DNA from: a virus
Strand: one strand, 5' to 3'
UHGV virus genome: UHGV-1559644
Length of the DNA stretch: 11,321 nucleotides
The notes below the pieces were generated by a model that worked only from the letters and a program-made list of their open reading frames with translations, was not told the DNA's origin and made no database searches. Every line of letters starts with the position of its first letter. The stretch's first letter is position 1. Below, in pieces: positions 1-8,370 of the stretch. Position numbers and translations under genes: made by a program.

Positions 1-49
1 ATCTACACCTAAGCCTTCGTCGGCAGCGTCAGATGTGTATAAGAGACAG
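1..49 (+). other. Illumina Nextera P5-side adapter: flow-cell tail ATCTACAC, 8-nt i5 index CTAAGCCT, read-1 transposase adapter TCGTCGGCAGCGTCAGATGTGTATAAGAGACAG (technical, non-biological)
   Basis: Exact match to the Nextera read-1 adapter including the 19-bp Tn5 mosaic end AGATGTGTATAAGAGACAG. Genomic sequence starts at 50. Confidence 0.95.
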
Positions 50-544
50 CCCCAGAAATGCCAGATTACGTATATCCTGGCAGCGATCGCTATTTTCCAT
101 GAGTGAACGAACCTGGTCGAAATCAGTGCGTTCGAACGCTAGTGCCTGTTTTGCACGTTCACCGGCATCAACGTTTTCTTTTCGGATCCGCCGCATAACC
201 AGTGAAACAGCATTGCTGTCACTTAGTCGCGGCAGCCCGGACCGACGATGAAGCATGTTTAGCTGGCCCAAATGTTGCTGGATAGTTTTTACTGCCAGAC
301 CGCGCGCCTGAAGATATAGAAGATAATCGCGAACATCTTCAGGTTCTGCGGGAAACCATTTCCGGTTATTCAACTTGCACCATGCCGCCCATGACCGGCA
401 AACGGACAGAAGCATTTTCCAGGTATGCTCAGAAAACGCCTGGCGATCCCTGAACATGTCCATCAGGTTCTTGCGAACCTCATCACTCGTTGCATCGACC
501 GGCAATGCAGGCAAATTTTGGTGTACGGTCAGTAAATTGGACAT
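50..544 (-). CDS. cre: Cre site-specific tyrosine recombinase, N-terminal 165 codons only (3' end cut by the adapter junction)
   Basis: Translation MSNLLTVHQNLPALPVDATSDEVRKNLMDMFRDRQAFSEHTWKMLLSVCRSWAAWCKLNNRKWFPAEPEDVRDYLLYLQARGLAVKTIQQHLGQLNMLHRRSGLPR... is recognisably P1 Cre. The last 8 residues and stop of the track ORF 29..544 (LSLIHI*) are encoded by adapter, so true coding sequence ends at 50. loxP lies about 420 bp upstream, as in P1. Confidence 0.96.
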
Positions 545-551
545 TTGACAC

Positions 552-773
552 TCAGATAATGGTTTTAAGTAAAGTGTACAGGATCGGCTCTGCCTTTACC
601 TGTTTATGGTTCTCGTCATAGAAACGCCAACGACCGCGACTGCGTTCTATCTTTTCTTCACCGCGCGATAATGACAGTTGACAACTATCACGATCAAACC
701 CTTTTGCCCGCCAGTAACCACGATTTTTCTCAAGCTCAAGATGAGTGGACACTTTAGCAGCTGAATATCCCAT
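552..773 (-). CDS. hypothetical small basic protein (73 aa) between loxP and cre
   Basis: ORF with a strong Shine-Dalgarno (GAGGTG, 5 nt before the ATG at 773). Its stop is 7 nt upstream of the cre ATG. No homolog recognised; coding status unverified. Confidence 0.3.
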   Translation of the reverse strand: MGYSAAKVSTHLELEKNRGYWRAKGFDRDSCQLSLSRGEEKIERSRGRWRFYDENHKQVKAEPILYTLLKTII

Positions 774-867
774 TTTTCACCTCTGATTGATTGGTGGTGC
801 TAAGTGCGCTACGCGAAATCTGGAGCACTAACACTGCCAACATTTCGCAGATTTTACGTAGCGCAAC

Positions 868-945
868 CTTGATCAAATGATCAAGTGATCACTATTTGAC
901 CTGGTAAGGTATTGAACTGTATGGATTTACAGGTAAATTGATCAT
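868..945. promoter_or_regulatory. GATC (Dam site) cluster in the cre upstream regulatory region
   Basis: GATC at 871-874, 880-883, 887-890 (three within 20 bp) and 940-943. Cre promoters are known to be Dam-methylation sensitive; exact promoter elements were not mapped here. Confidence 0.4.
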
Positions 946-962
946 GTTCAATAACCCTTAAG

Positions 963-996
963 ATAACTTCGTATAATGTATGCTATACGAAGTTAT
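963..996 (-). other. loxP: loxP recombination site (34 bp: 13-bp inverted arms ATAACTTCGTATA with an 8-bp asymmetric spacer)
   Basis: Exact sequence ATAACTTCGTATAATGTATGCTATACGAAGTTAT. The spacer reads ATGTATGC on the + strand, i.e. canonical GCATACAT on the minus strand, matching the minus-strand cre. Confidence 0.97.
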
Positions 997-1039
997 TAGG
1001 TCTGAAGAGGAGTTTACGTCCAGCTGCGCATAAAAATCA

Positions 1040-1056
1040 AGAATTATTAGAGCAAT
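1040..1056 (-). promoter_or_regulatory. C1 repressor operator-like site (Op99 group)
   Basis: Minus-strand ATTGCTCTAATAATTCT matches the 17-bp P1 C1 operator consensus ATTGCTCTAATAAATTT at 15/17. Confidence 0.55.
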
Positions 1057-1116
1057 AAATTTTGAGAGAAAAATCCCACTCCACCAGCCAAAAACTGGAT
1101 TGTTTTTCATAGTTGT

Positions 1117-1145
1117 TTGACAATTGCTCTAATAAATTATAGTTT
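1117..1145 (+). promoter_or_regulatory. sigma70-type promoter overlapped by a C1 operator, driving the coi-c1 immunity operon
   Basis: -35 TTGACA (1117-1122) directly abuts the operator ATTGCTCTAATAAATTA (1123-1139, 16/17 to consensus), followed by a -10-like TAGTTT (1140-1145). Confidence 0.6.
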
Positions 1146-1377
1146 TGCCGCCGTTTCGTAATACGACTTTGGATTCACTATTTAATGTGTCTTCAGCGTT
1201 GTAGAGCGGCTCAGAAGGAAATGAGCAAACAGGGAAACCTTATACAACGGCATTACAGCTATGCATTGCTCATCTTACACACAGCGCAATGTTGTTAGAT
1301 TACCCCAGCATGGATCATGGGTGAAACAGTAGGTCAGAGCTTCAGGCTCTGTGTTGTCAATACAGTGAGGCATAATT

Positions 1378-1587
1378 ATGGCTTTCATTCCACCAACCAT
1401 CGACGACGTTAGACATTGCTCTAACGCTTTATCTGTAGACCCCGCCGAAACCGACGCTGCCCGCGCCATTGCTGAACACTACTCAAAGATATCCAATCAG
1501 GAGTACCGCATCACCCAAGACGACCTGGATGATCTCACTGACACAATCGAATATCTCATGACCACTAACCAGCCAGACTCACAATAA
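1378..1587 (+). CDS. coi: Coi, C1-inactivator (69 aa)
   Basis: 69-aa ORF immediately upstream of c1 and downstream of the operator cluster, the size and position of P1 coi. SD-like TGAGG about 8 nt upstream. Confidence 0.8.
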   Translation: MAFIPPTIDDVRHCSNALSVDPAETDAARAIAEHYSKISNQEYRITQDDLDDLTDTIEYLMTTNQPDSQ

Positions 1588-1603
1588 ATGCACTAATAAA
1601 TCT
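1587..1603 (+). promoter_or_regulatory. C1 operator-like site overlapping the coi stop codon, upstream of c1
   Basis: AATGCACTAATAAATCT matches the operator consensus at 14/17. Confidence 0.4.
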
Positions 1604-1632
1604 ATTATTTTCGTTGGATCCTTCTATAATGG

Positions 1633-1675
1633 TGGCCAACAACTCCCAGTGTAATCCGCTGTGAGTTGTTGGCCA
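1633..1675. repeat. perfect 13-bp inverted repeat (TGGCCAACAACTC / GAGTTGTTGGCCA) with a 17-nt loop in the coi-c1 intergenic region
   Basis: Arms at 1633-1645 and 1663-1675 are exact reverse complements. No downstream T-run, so not a typical intrinsic terminator. Confidence 0.7.
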
Positions 1676-1697
1676 TGTCAATTCTGGAGGAGGATCA

Positions 1698-2549
1698 ATG
1701 ATAAATTATGTCTACGGCGAACAACTGTACCAGGAGTTCGTCAGCTTCAGGGATCTCTTTCTAAAAAAAGCTGTTGCACGCGCCCAACACGTTGATGCCG
1801 CCAGCGACGGTCGTCCTGTTCGCCCGGTTGTCGTTCTGCCGTTCAAAGAAACGGACAGCATTCAGGCTGAAATTGATAAATGGACTTTAATGGCGCGGGA
1901 ACTGGAACAGTACCCAGACCTCAATATCCCAAAGACTATTTTATATCCAGTGCCTAACATCCTTCGCGGTGTGCGTAAGGTTACGACTTATCAGACAGAA
2001 GCTGTGAACAGCGTCAACATGACCGCTGGCCGCATTATTCATCTGATTGATAAGGACATTCGCATCCAAAAAAGCGCGGGGATCAATGAGCACAGTGCGA
2101 AATACATAGAGAACCTGGAAGCGACAAAAGAGCTAATGAAGCAGTACCCGGAGGATGAAAAATTCCGTATGCGTGTACACGGCTTTAGCGAAACAATGCT
2201 GCGCGTCCATTACATTTCCAGTAGCCCTAACTACAATGATGGTAAATCAGTTAGTTACCATGTGCCGCTATGTGGTGTGTTTATCTGCGATGAAACTCTC
2301 CGTGATGGAATCATCATCAACGGTGAATTCGAGAAAGCAAAATTTAGCCTTTATGACTCTATAGAACCGATCATCTGCGACCGCTGGCCGCAGGCAAAAA
2401 TATATCGCCTGGCAGATATTGAAAATGTAAAAAAACAAATTGCCATCACTCGCGAAGAGAAAAAGGTCAAATCAGCCGCATCAGTTACGCGCAGCCGTAA
2501 AACTAAGAAGGGGCAGCCAGTAAACGACAACCCTGAAAGCGCGCAATAG
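1698..2549 (+). CDS. c1: C1 master repressor of lysogeny (283 aa)
   Basis: 283-aa ORF (MINYVYGEQLYQEFVSFRDLFLKK...) of the size and position of P1 C1, preceded by GGAGGAGG. Flanked by coi and convergent pacB as in P1. Confidence 0.9.
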   Translation: MINYVYGEQLYQEFVSFRDLFLKKAVARAQHVDAASDGRPVRPVVVLPFKETDSIQAEIDKWTLMARELEQYPDLNIPKTILYPVPNILRGVRKVTTYQTEAVNSVNMTAGRIIHLIDKDIRIQKSAGINEHSAKYIENLEATKELMKQYPEDEKFRMRVHGFSETMLRVHYISSSPNYNDGKSVSYHVPLCGVFICDETLRDGIIINGEFEKAKFSLYDSIEPIICDRWPQAKIYRLADIENVKKQIAITREEKKVKSAASVTRSRKTKKGQPVNDNPESAQ

Positions 2550-2573
2550 TTTCCATCCGGCATGGTCAATGAG

Positions 2574-4058
2574 TTATTCATTAAGCCATGCCAGAGCTTC
2601 ATCAACCTGCGCTTCGTCTTCGACGCTAAGCACTTCATCCTGGGGAACATAATCCGCCAGCATAGCGAAACAATATGTATCCCAATGGTCTGGTGAGTGC
2701 AGGTTGAGTTTTTTCTTCATATCCTCCTTACTCATCACCTTCCATTGACCTGCGGAGTTAATCCCTACAGGGATTTTCGACGCTTCCTCAATAGTTTCAT
2801 TACCCTTATCCAGTCTCATACGACCTGATTTTACGGCCTCTGCGGCTTGAACGTTGGCATAAGCACGCTTATCAAAGTACAGGCTCTTATCTTCACGGCT
2901 ATGCATCTTTTTACCCCAGCGTATACGCTGTACGGTAATACCATAATACTCGTACATCAGATCCGCCGTTGCTTTACCCAGCCCATCACCGTCTATCGCT
3001 ATGGTGATATTTGGGAATCGCTCAGGATTACATTCTGCGAAAATTTTGGCGGCAAGCTGCGTTTCTGTAACGTCTGTGTATTCCAGCATTCGATAGTTGA
3101 TTACACGGCGTTTATTTCTCTGGCCGGACACCATCATGATATTGATAACGGACTTATCCCGTCCCGTACCACCAGCAACGTCCACACATGCAAGCCAGCC
3201 CCATCCTTTGGCAATCTTGACTTTCCGCCGCGTCGCACGTTCAACCTCATCACGTCCAAGAAGGAAGCCATCCTGTGATTTAGGGAATAGTCCGCGTACC
3301 TTAATCATGTACATAGGGTTATCACGCCCGCCGTACTCCGCCAGCTTCATTTTGATAAATGCTGGCGTTACCAGCGGTGATTCCTCACTGTTAAGCGTGA
3401 TCGCCGTATAAACGCCATCAGGGTTACCAGGACGCTTGGCCAGTTTATGGTGAGTATCGTAGAAATAGCCGCTTGGGCGTGTAGGCTGTGACAATAATAA
3501 GATGCGGTTATCCTGTCCGGTAAGAGCACCAGTGATGATACCGAAAGCTCTATCACTGACACCGGAGGCTTCATCGATAATATACAGAAGATGATCTGCG
3601 TGTTCACCGGCGAGAGCTTCTTCACTTCCCAGACGAAAGCCCTTCGGTACTACAGTCCATACACCTTTACCAGTAACCTCATAGAAAGCGGTTTCTGTCA
3701 GAACAAAATAATCAGCAAGCCATGGAAAACGGCTGGTGGCAGTAGCCCAGTTTATCTTGATGTACTTGAATATACCGGTCATTACCTGCTGAATTTTGTT
3801 CGCAACGATAATGGCGCGGGCACCGGGATACATGATTATGAACAACATGATCATGATAGAAGTCATGTCTGATTTCCCGGTACCGTGACCAGACGAAACA
3901 GATGTCTTGCTACCCTGTTCCTGCACAGACTCAATAATCAGATCCTGCTGCCAGGTAGGTGTTTTGCCGAACAAAACATCAGCGGCAGCAATCCAGTCAT
4001 AACGATATAGCGCCACCAGCTCGCGCCAACGTGGATCCGTTACGCAACTTCTGGCCAT
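2574..4058 (-). CDS. pacB: PacB, terminase (pacase) large subunit, 494 aa
   Basis: Walker A-like GHGTGKS and Walker B-like [11 protein letters not shown]. Start overlaps the pacA stop by 1 nt; synteny with P1 pacA-pacB. Confidence 0.88.
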   Translation of the reverse strand: MARSCVTDPRWRELVALYRYDWIAAADVLFGKTPTWQQDLIIESVQEQGSKTSVSSGHGTGKSDMTSIMIMLFIIMYPGARAIIVANKIQQVMTGIFKYIKINWATATSRFPWLADYFVLTETAFYEVTGKGVWTVVPKGFRLGSEEALAGEHADHLLYIIDEASGVSDRAFGIITGALTGQDNRILLLSQPTRPSGYFYDTHHKLAKRPGNPDGVYTAITLNSEESPLVTPAFIKMKLAEYGGRDNPMYMIKVRGLFPKSQDGFLLGRDEVERATRRKVKIAKGWGWLACVDVAGGTGRDKSVINIMMVSGQRNKRRVINYRMLEYTDVTETQLAAKIFAECNPERFPNITIAIDGDGLGKATADLMYEYYGITVQRIRWGKKMHSREDKSLYFDKRAYANVQAAEAVKSGRMRLDKGNETIEEASKIPVGINSAGQWKVMSKEDMKKKLNLHSPDHWDTYCFAMLADYVPQDEVLSVEDEAQVDEALAWLNE

Positions 4059-5251
4059 TAATCATCATCCCCGTATAGCTTGCGGGTAACTTCTTCGTCT
4101 TCCTCCTCGTCTTCGTCCAGGTCTTGTTCCAGCCATGGGTCGTTTGATACACCTTCAGTATCAACATCTCCATAACCGCCTGTATCAACGATATCGGCGA
4201 TTTCTTCCCTACGCTGCTCAATCCACAATGCGGCATCGGCGCGGCGGTTGGCGGCCCGTTCTCGCGCAACTTTGTCCAGATCTTCAAGAGAAGGGCCACC
4301 GACGGCTGTTTGCCTTTCCTCATCATCGGTATTGGTCTTAGGAGCACGCAGATCGGCTTTGATTTGCTCCAGCATCAGGGGCGGAACTTTCCCACCATGC
4401 GCCTCGATGAATTCAGCTGCTTCCAGCACTGACCAGTTATTTTCACGCTTTCGTTCGTATGCCAGCTTAACAATGCCAGCTTGCCCCATAGACAAAGCGT
4501 GCTTTTCCGCCTCCCGGCTTTCTTTTCGATAGTTATTCCGGATGCTGTAAATGGTGTTGATCAGACTGCTTATCTGCGCGGAACAGCTGTTTAGCATGCT
4601 CGCGATACGGTATTCAGGCGGAGTACCTCCATCATCGTCTTTTTGCTGATCGCGCATTTCCTGCACCAGGCGAATACACGTATCCCTGGCGTTCTCCAGC
4701 ATAAGGAGATGAGAAAGAGACTTTTCAAGAAGAGTGGTTTCCAGAACATCGGCCCCGGACCGACGCAACATAGCGCGCGCGGCCTTCCGCGCTTCAACGT
4801 TATCTATCAGGTAATCGCCAGCTTCGAATTCAAAGCGTTCACCATCATCATCCAGGGTGTCGCGTTCCAGACGATCACGTAAGGTCCGGTGGGCGCGGGT
4901 GATCACGTCATGATCATCTGAACGATCATTTATGCGCTTATTTTGGCGCTTCGCATTCTCGACTGCGGCACTGACAACGGCATTAACTCTCTGTTTTTCC
5001 GCTATTTCAGCCGCAATATGATCACCTGCATGTTGATCATTAGAGTGATCAATGATCATGCCTTTTAGTGGCTTCCTGACTGGCTTATTTGGCTTGCGGC
5101 TGTCCGCAGTCCTGGTGTCTTCTTTGAAGGCACGGAGATAACGACGTGCGGTATTAGGGTTAAGATTAAACTCGGCGGCATACTGTGCGATGGTGTAACC
5201 ACCATCTCGCGCCAGGCGAGCAAAATTCTTCTTGTGATCGTCCCAGGTCAC
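4058..5251 (-). CDS. pacA: PacA, terminase small subunit, 397 aa; contains the pac site
   Basis: N-terminal HTH-like region and acidic C-terminus; contains the GATC-hexamer pac cluster; position between lpa and pacB. Confidence 0.88.
   Translation of the reverse strand: MTWDDHKKNFARLARDGGYTIAQYAAEFNLNPNTARRYLRAFKEDTRTADSRKPNKPVRKPLKGMIIDHSNDQHAGDHIAAEIAEKQRVNAVVSAAVENAKRQNKRINDRSDDHDVITRAHRTLRDRLERDTLDDDGERFEFEAGDYLIDNVEARKAARAMLRRSGADVLETTLLEKSLSHLLMLENARDTCIRLVQEMRDQQKDDDGGTPPEYRIASMLNSCSAQISSLINTIYSIRNNYRKESREAEKHALSMGQAGIVKLAYERKRENNWSVLEAAEFIEAHGGKVPPLMLEQIKADLRAPKTNTDDEERQTAVGGPSLEDLDKVARERAANRRADAALWIEQRREEIADIVDTGGYGDVDTEGVSNDPWLEQDLDEDEEEDEEVTRKLYGDDD
4871..5058. other. pac: P1 pac packaging site: two clusters of TGATCA/G-type hexamers (Dam sites) flanking the cleavage region
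   Basis: GATC-containing hexamers at 4873-4878, 4900-4906, 4911-4916, 4923-4928 (left cluster) and 5019-5024, 5034-5039, 5046-5051, 5053-5058 (right cluster), inside pacA as described for P1 pac. Confidence 0.8.
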
Positions 5252-5336
5252 TTATGCTTCCTTTCGTAAAAACTCTTTTTGACGCGAGGGTAACGAAAGT
5301 CACATGTCAAAAGGCCCGGAACGGGCAAGCAATCAA

Positions 5337-5789
5337 TCAGATACGTGCGGATGTGGCATTACCGTAATGACGGTGCTGACGGGCCACCTTATTGAAAAGT
5401 TGACGCGCCATTACCCAAGGCTGGTGCTCCCGGCGTTCCTTTTCGTCCTGCGTCATATAGAGTTCGTTCTGGAGTTTTTCATCAAACCGGCGCGGAGCGC
5501 GGCTGCGGCGAAAGAATTCAGGATTCAGAGAGTGGATCTGAAATCTACGTGGGCGTGTACTGTCATCAATCAAAACAGACGAATACTTAGACACAGCGAT
5601 AGCCTTTAAGCGCAGATAAACATCGCGCTTATCGACATCCAGATGCGGGTATTCCTTTTCAAGAATTGCTGCGAGTTCTTTCGCTGATAGAAGAGATTTA
5701 GTGCGGATCATGTAATCCGCAATCTCGTACGATGTTATTCGTGAGTGATTTATTTCCATGAAGTGGCGTCCCTGCCAGTTAAGTAACAT
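5337..5789 (-). CDS. lpa: Lpa (gene 10), late promoter activator, 150 aa
   Basis: 150-aa ORF immediately upstream of pacA, preceded by a C1 operator-like site and SD GGTGA. Assignment is by synteny and size. Confidence 0.7.
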   Translation of the reverse strand: MLLNWQGRHFMEINHSRITSYEIADYMIRTKSLLSAKELAAILEKEYPHLDVDKRDVYLRLKAIAVSKYSSVLIDDSTRPRRFQIHSLNPEFFRRSRAPRRFDEKLQNELYMTQDEKERREHQPWVMARQLFNKVARQHRHYGNATSARI

Positions 5790-5859
5790 CCTGTCACCTA
5801 CTGATTAGCCCATGTCAACTAATCAACGTCGAATATAATACCATCGATTAAAGAAATAG

Positions 5860-5876
5860 CAATGCATTAGAGCAAT
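5860..5876 (-). promoter_or_regulatory. C1 operator-like site overlapping a candidate sigma70 promoter for lpa
   Basis: Minus-strand ATTGCTCTAATGCATTG matches the operator consensus at 14/17, lies 71-87 nt upstream of the lpa ATG, and is followed by a TATTAT/ATTATA -10 candidate. Confidence 0.5.
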
Positions 5877-5877
5877 T

Positions 5878-6921
5878 TCATCTAACGCTCGACGAATGAC
5901 TTGTGATAGCGCCGACTCCAAGCGCGTAATCAAAGAACAATCGTTGATGCATCGCCAGCCTACCGTGCGTCTTCTCCCAATTATCGCGGTCACGCTCAAT
6001 ATCACGCTGGCATGACTGGCACAGAGGAATAGCATAAATGTCATGCGCGCATAATCGACTATGACGAACGATATAAGGCGTAATGTGAGCGCCAGCTCCC
6101 GCAGCTCCACAGCCACAGCATGGACGGGAAGCCACAAAATCCATGTACTCGGGCAATTTTAGCGATTGAAGTTTTGGTATTTTGAAATGCGCCATGCTAG
6201 GGTCGGAGTCAACATCCACAGGGCATACTTTTGCACGCATCGGCGCGGCGCGTTCTTCCATCATCTGAACATATGCTGTAGCGCGATCGTCATACGGGCG
6301 AATATCCGCCTCTTTCAGAGGTCCACTATCCTGCGGAGTAGCCTTCATCTTATTTATTGATATGCGGCAGACTTCTTCCGGCATCAGGTGCATCATGTTG
6401 CGCATGAAAGCCCACCAGCACAGCTCCTGAATACTTAAATCATGGCTATTTGAAAGGCCCATTTCCTGACGGGCGACATCCAGTATCCAGTTAACGCGAT
6501 TATTGTGCAGCGTTTCTTTCAGCTCATTAAAACCACGCATCCGGTAATGGTTATCGTGATGCCAGCACAACAACACCGCGCTATTGTCTCGTTCAGCGTG
6601 GACAATATGGTTGTCACACCAACTACGATCTGCGGCCTGGCATTGACCCTCTTTCCTACGCAACCACGCAACCAGCGCGTCAATTCCACCAATACGGCGA
6701 AACAGTTCATCGCTGTTAAAAAACGGCTGCAACGCCTCATTTGTTGCCATGGTTTGCTCGGTAACAACGAGGCCGTCTTCCATGTGCTCGATTAACTCAC
6801 GCGGCACCGGCTCCATAATAAATTTACGGCCAGCCTCCACCAGCTTTCTGACCTCCTGATCCACTTTGAACGTGGCGAGGCCAAGCTCTTTCTGTACAAA
6901 GGGAGTAATTACGGCTTTCAC
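5878..6921 (-). CDS. Cys/His-rich hypothetical protein (347 aa) with two HNH-like or zinc-binding-like motif clusters; occupies the position of the P1 post-doc gene(s)
   Basis: Long ORF with motifs [24 protein letters not shown] and CCGCG...RHSRLCAHD...PLCQSCQ. Same strand and immediately downstream of phd-doc. Confidence 0.7.
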   Translation of the reverse strand: MKAVITPFVQKELGLATFKVDQEVRKLVEAGRKFIMEPVPRELIEHMEDGLVVTEQTMATNEALQPFFNSDELFRRIGGIDALVAWLRRKEGQCQAADRSWCDNHIVHAERDNSAVLLCWHHDNHYRMRGFNELKETLHNNRVNWILDVARQEMGLSNSHDLSIQELCWWAFMRNMMHLMPEEVCRISINKMKATPQDSGPLKEADIRPYDDRATAYVQMMEERAAPMRAKVCPVDVDSDPSMAHFKIPKLQSLKLPEYMDFVASRPCCGCGAAGAGAHITPYIVRHSRLCAHDIYAIPLCQSCQRDIERDRDNWEKTHGRLAMHQRLFFDYALGVGAITSHSSSVR

Positions 6922-6948
6922 ATCACACCTTTAATCACTGATTGGGCT

Positions 6949-7149
6949 TTATCTGCTGCCCGGCATTCTCTGTTTAAGCACAGCCATTTCCTGACGGCAT
7001 AACACAGCAATAGCGGTCCTGGCACCAATTTGCCTACCAACCAGGTATTGCTTTACCTCGCGGCGACTCACGCCATCAAGAAGCATCTTTAACGCTTCAC
7101 GGGACAACTTGTTGTATTTACGTGCCATTAATCTACTCCGCAGAACCAT
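6949..7149 (-). CDS. small hypothetical protein (59-66 aa) with HTH-like segment, immediately downstream of doc
   Basis: ORF start at 7149 overlaps the doc 3' end; an alternative ATG at 7128 lies 4 nt after the doc stop. Sequence [22 protein letters not shown] resembles a small HTH. Coding status is uncertain. Confidence 0.4.
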
Positions 7150-7513
7150 ACAATCTACGTAACGTGTCGGCGACAGAAGATACAGATATCTCGCCAGTCG
7201 CAGCGCCTACGGTAAGGTCTGCCAGTTCAGGTGAATCAAATACCTGCACCCCGTTACGGCGTAGAAATAGCAGCGCACTGTTTAGCGCGGTACGCTTATT
7301 GGCATCATTGAATATATGCCCTCTCGCTGTAGCCACCAGGTAGGTGGCGGAGACTTCGAAAAGGTCGGTGATCTCTTCGTAGGCAACTCTGGCCTGAACT
7401 CTCCCGATAATGGCCTCTGCCCTACCCGGATCTGACATTCCCGGCAGGCCGCCGTAGCGGCTTATATTCGCATCATGAAGCGCAATAAGTTCTTCCGGTG
7501 ATATATGCCTCAT
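7133..7513 (-). CDS. doc: Doc toxin (death on curing), Fic-fold kinase, 126 aa
   Basis: Sequence [22 protein letters not shown]... with Fic motif HIFNDANKR. Start overlaps the phd stop by 1 nt. Confidence 0.96.
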
Positions 7514-7734
7514 TATCGGTTAACCAGTTCCTTGTTGGTGGAGTCCAGAGTGTCAAACAGGGATGCAAATTCAGCATCCAGCGCCGCTTTTTTGTAGGCT
7601 TCGAAAGTAGCCTTGCTGACAATTACTGCTGGCTCACGGCCTCTGCGGGTGATTTCAACCTCTTCCCCGGCTTCAACATTGTTGAGCACTTCAGAAAGGT
7701 TGCCGCGCGCGGTACGGAAGTTAATGGATTGCAT
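7513..7734 (-). CDS. phd: Phd antitoxin (prevents host death), 73 aa
   Basis: [73 protein letters not shown]. The true ATG is at 7734 (the track ORF starts at an upstream GTG at 7740). SD GAGGTG is 4 nt upstream. Confidence 0.96.
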
Positions 7735-7740
7735 AAACAC

Positions 7741-7775
7741 CTCGTGTACTCGTTATGTGTACACAATTATAAACT
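7741..7775 (-). promoter_or_regulatory. phd-doc promoter/operator: -10 TATAAT with palindromic GTGTAC(AC) Phd-binding-type sites
   Basis: Minus strand reads TATAAT TGTGTACACATAACGAGTACACGAGGTG...ATG. GTGTACAC at 7757-7764, second half-site at 7745-7752. Confidence 0.6.
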
Positions 7776-7806
7776 TCACAGGCATAAAGCACCAGCACTT
7801 TGCAGC

Positions 7807-8196
7807 TTAAATCACCGGACAATCATCAAACTCCCCACTTCGGGCATCATTGATGACATGAGTGATCACACCAAAAACAGCATTACTGCCCGTGCATCCA
7901 TCGTCATCTACTGGTAACGCCTCTTTCTTCCCGGTGCTTAAATCCTCCAGGTGCTGGCGCGGATACTTCCTGTATCTCTTTATGCGATATTCACCCTCCA
8001 TAGCGCACACAAGCAGAGAACCATCAACCGGAGTAAGCGAGGAATCAACCACCAGCAAAGCACCCTGCAATATTCCCTCACGGTGATGGCTATCAGCTGC
8101 CCGCATGAAGTAGGTTGCTGATGGATGCCTGATTAGTTGCTGATCAAGAGAAATTCGGCTTTCAACATAATCCGCCGCAGGAGAAGGGAAGCCCAT
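7807..8196 (-). CDS. humD: HumD, UmuD'-like translesion-synthesis accessory protein, 129 aa
   Basis: FPSPAADYVE...HPSATYF and C-terminal VFGVITHVI resemble UmuD. A LexA box lies 20 bp upstream; SD GAGGTGG. Position upstream of phd as in P1. Confidence 0.88.
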   Translation of the reverse strand: MGFPSPAADYVESRISLDQQLIRHPSATYFMRAADSHHREGILQGALLVVDSSLTPVDGSLLVCAMEGEYRIKRYRKYPRQHLEDLSTGKKEALPVDDDGCTGSNAVFGVITHVINDARSGEFDDCPVI

Positions 8197-8215
8197 AGCG
8201 TTTCCACCTCAATAA

Positions 8216-8235
8216 TACTGTTCATTTATACAGTA
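8216..8235. promoter_or_regulatory. LexA (SOS) box TACTGTTCATTTATACAGTA in the divergent humD / ORF 8371 intergenic region
   Basis: Perfect CTGT-N8-ACAG with AT-rich spacer, flanked by TA as in the consensus TACTGTATATATATACAGTA. Overlaps a -10-like TATAAA for humD. Confidence 0.85.
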
Positions 8236-8370
8236 TACATTAAAGAGACACCTTTGGTGCAAACGCGTTACGTACATCAACCACCGCTGATGATTTTGTG
8301 CGCTTTGCTACTATTCATCACCAACGGATCAGCGTAACCTCGTTGCCAATCAGTTAATAAGGAATTAGCT

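Noticed and set aside
33-251. Plus-strand 72-aa ORF beginning in the adapter
   Set aside because: Starts inside the technical adapter sequence and is antisense to cre.
1185-1298. 37-codon + strand ORF (MCLQRCRAAQKEMSKQGNLIQRHYSYALLILHTAQCC) between the operator cluster and coi, possibly corresponding to P1 imcA/imcB
   Set aside because: No convincing SD (an internal ATG at 1221 has AAGGA only 1 nt away) and I cannot recall the imcA/imcB sequences to confirm; left unannotated rather than guessed.
1275-1469. Minus-strand 64-aa ORF overlapping the coi start
   Set aside because: Antisense to coi and the upstream leader, no RBS; shadow ORF.
2155-2650. ORFs 2155..2364(+) and 2351..2650(-) overlapping c1 and the c1-pacB junction
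   Set aside because: Embedded in or antisense to c1; the c1 and pacB assignments explain the region.
2847-3872. Plus-strand track ORFs 2847..3278, 3097..3411 and 3591..3872, and minus-strand 3368..3625, inside pacB
   Set aside because: They lie entirely within the well-supported 494-aa terminase gene, with no RBS or recognisable product; treated as shadow ORFs.
3997-4882. Track ORFs 3997..4347(-), 4135..4341(+), 4248..4532(+), 4591..4797(-) and 4643..4882(+) overlapping pacA
   Set aside because: Alternative-frame or antisense ORFs within pacA, with Arg/Ser-rich low-complexity translations typical of out-of-frame reading; no independent support.
5185-5609. Plus-strand ORFs 5185..5367 and 5304..5609 across the pacA-lpa junction
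   Set aside because: Antisense to pacA and lpa, which are supported by synteny and operator placement.
5823-6795. ORFs 5823..6137(-), 6166..6360(+), 6505..6795(+) and 6519..6767(-) overlapping the 347-aa gene
   Set aside because: Alternative frames of the longer, better-supported ORF 5878..6921.
7122-8337. Plus-strand ORFs 7122..7343, 7498..7917, 7613..7810, 7862..8086 and 8137..8337 opposite doc, phd and humD
   Set aside because: Antisense shadows of three confidently identified genes; 8137..8337 also runs across the LexA box and promoter.
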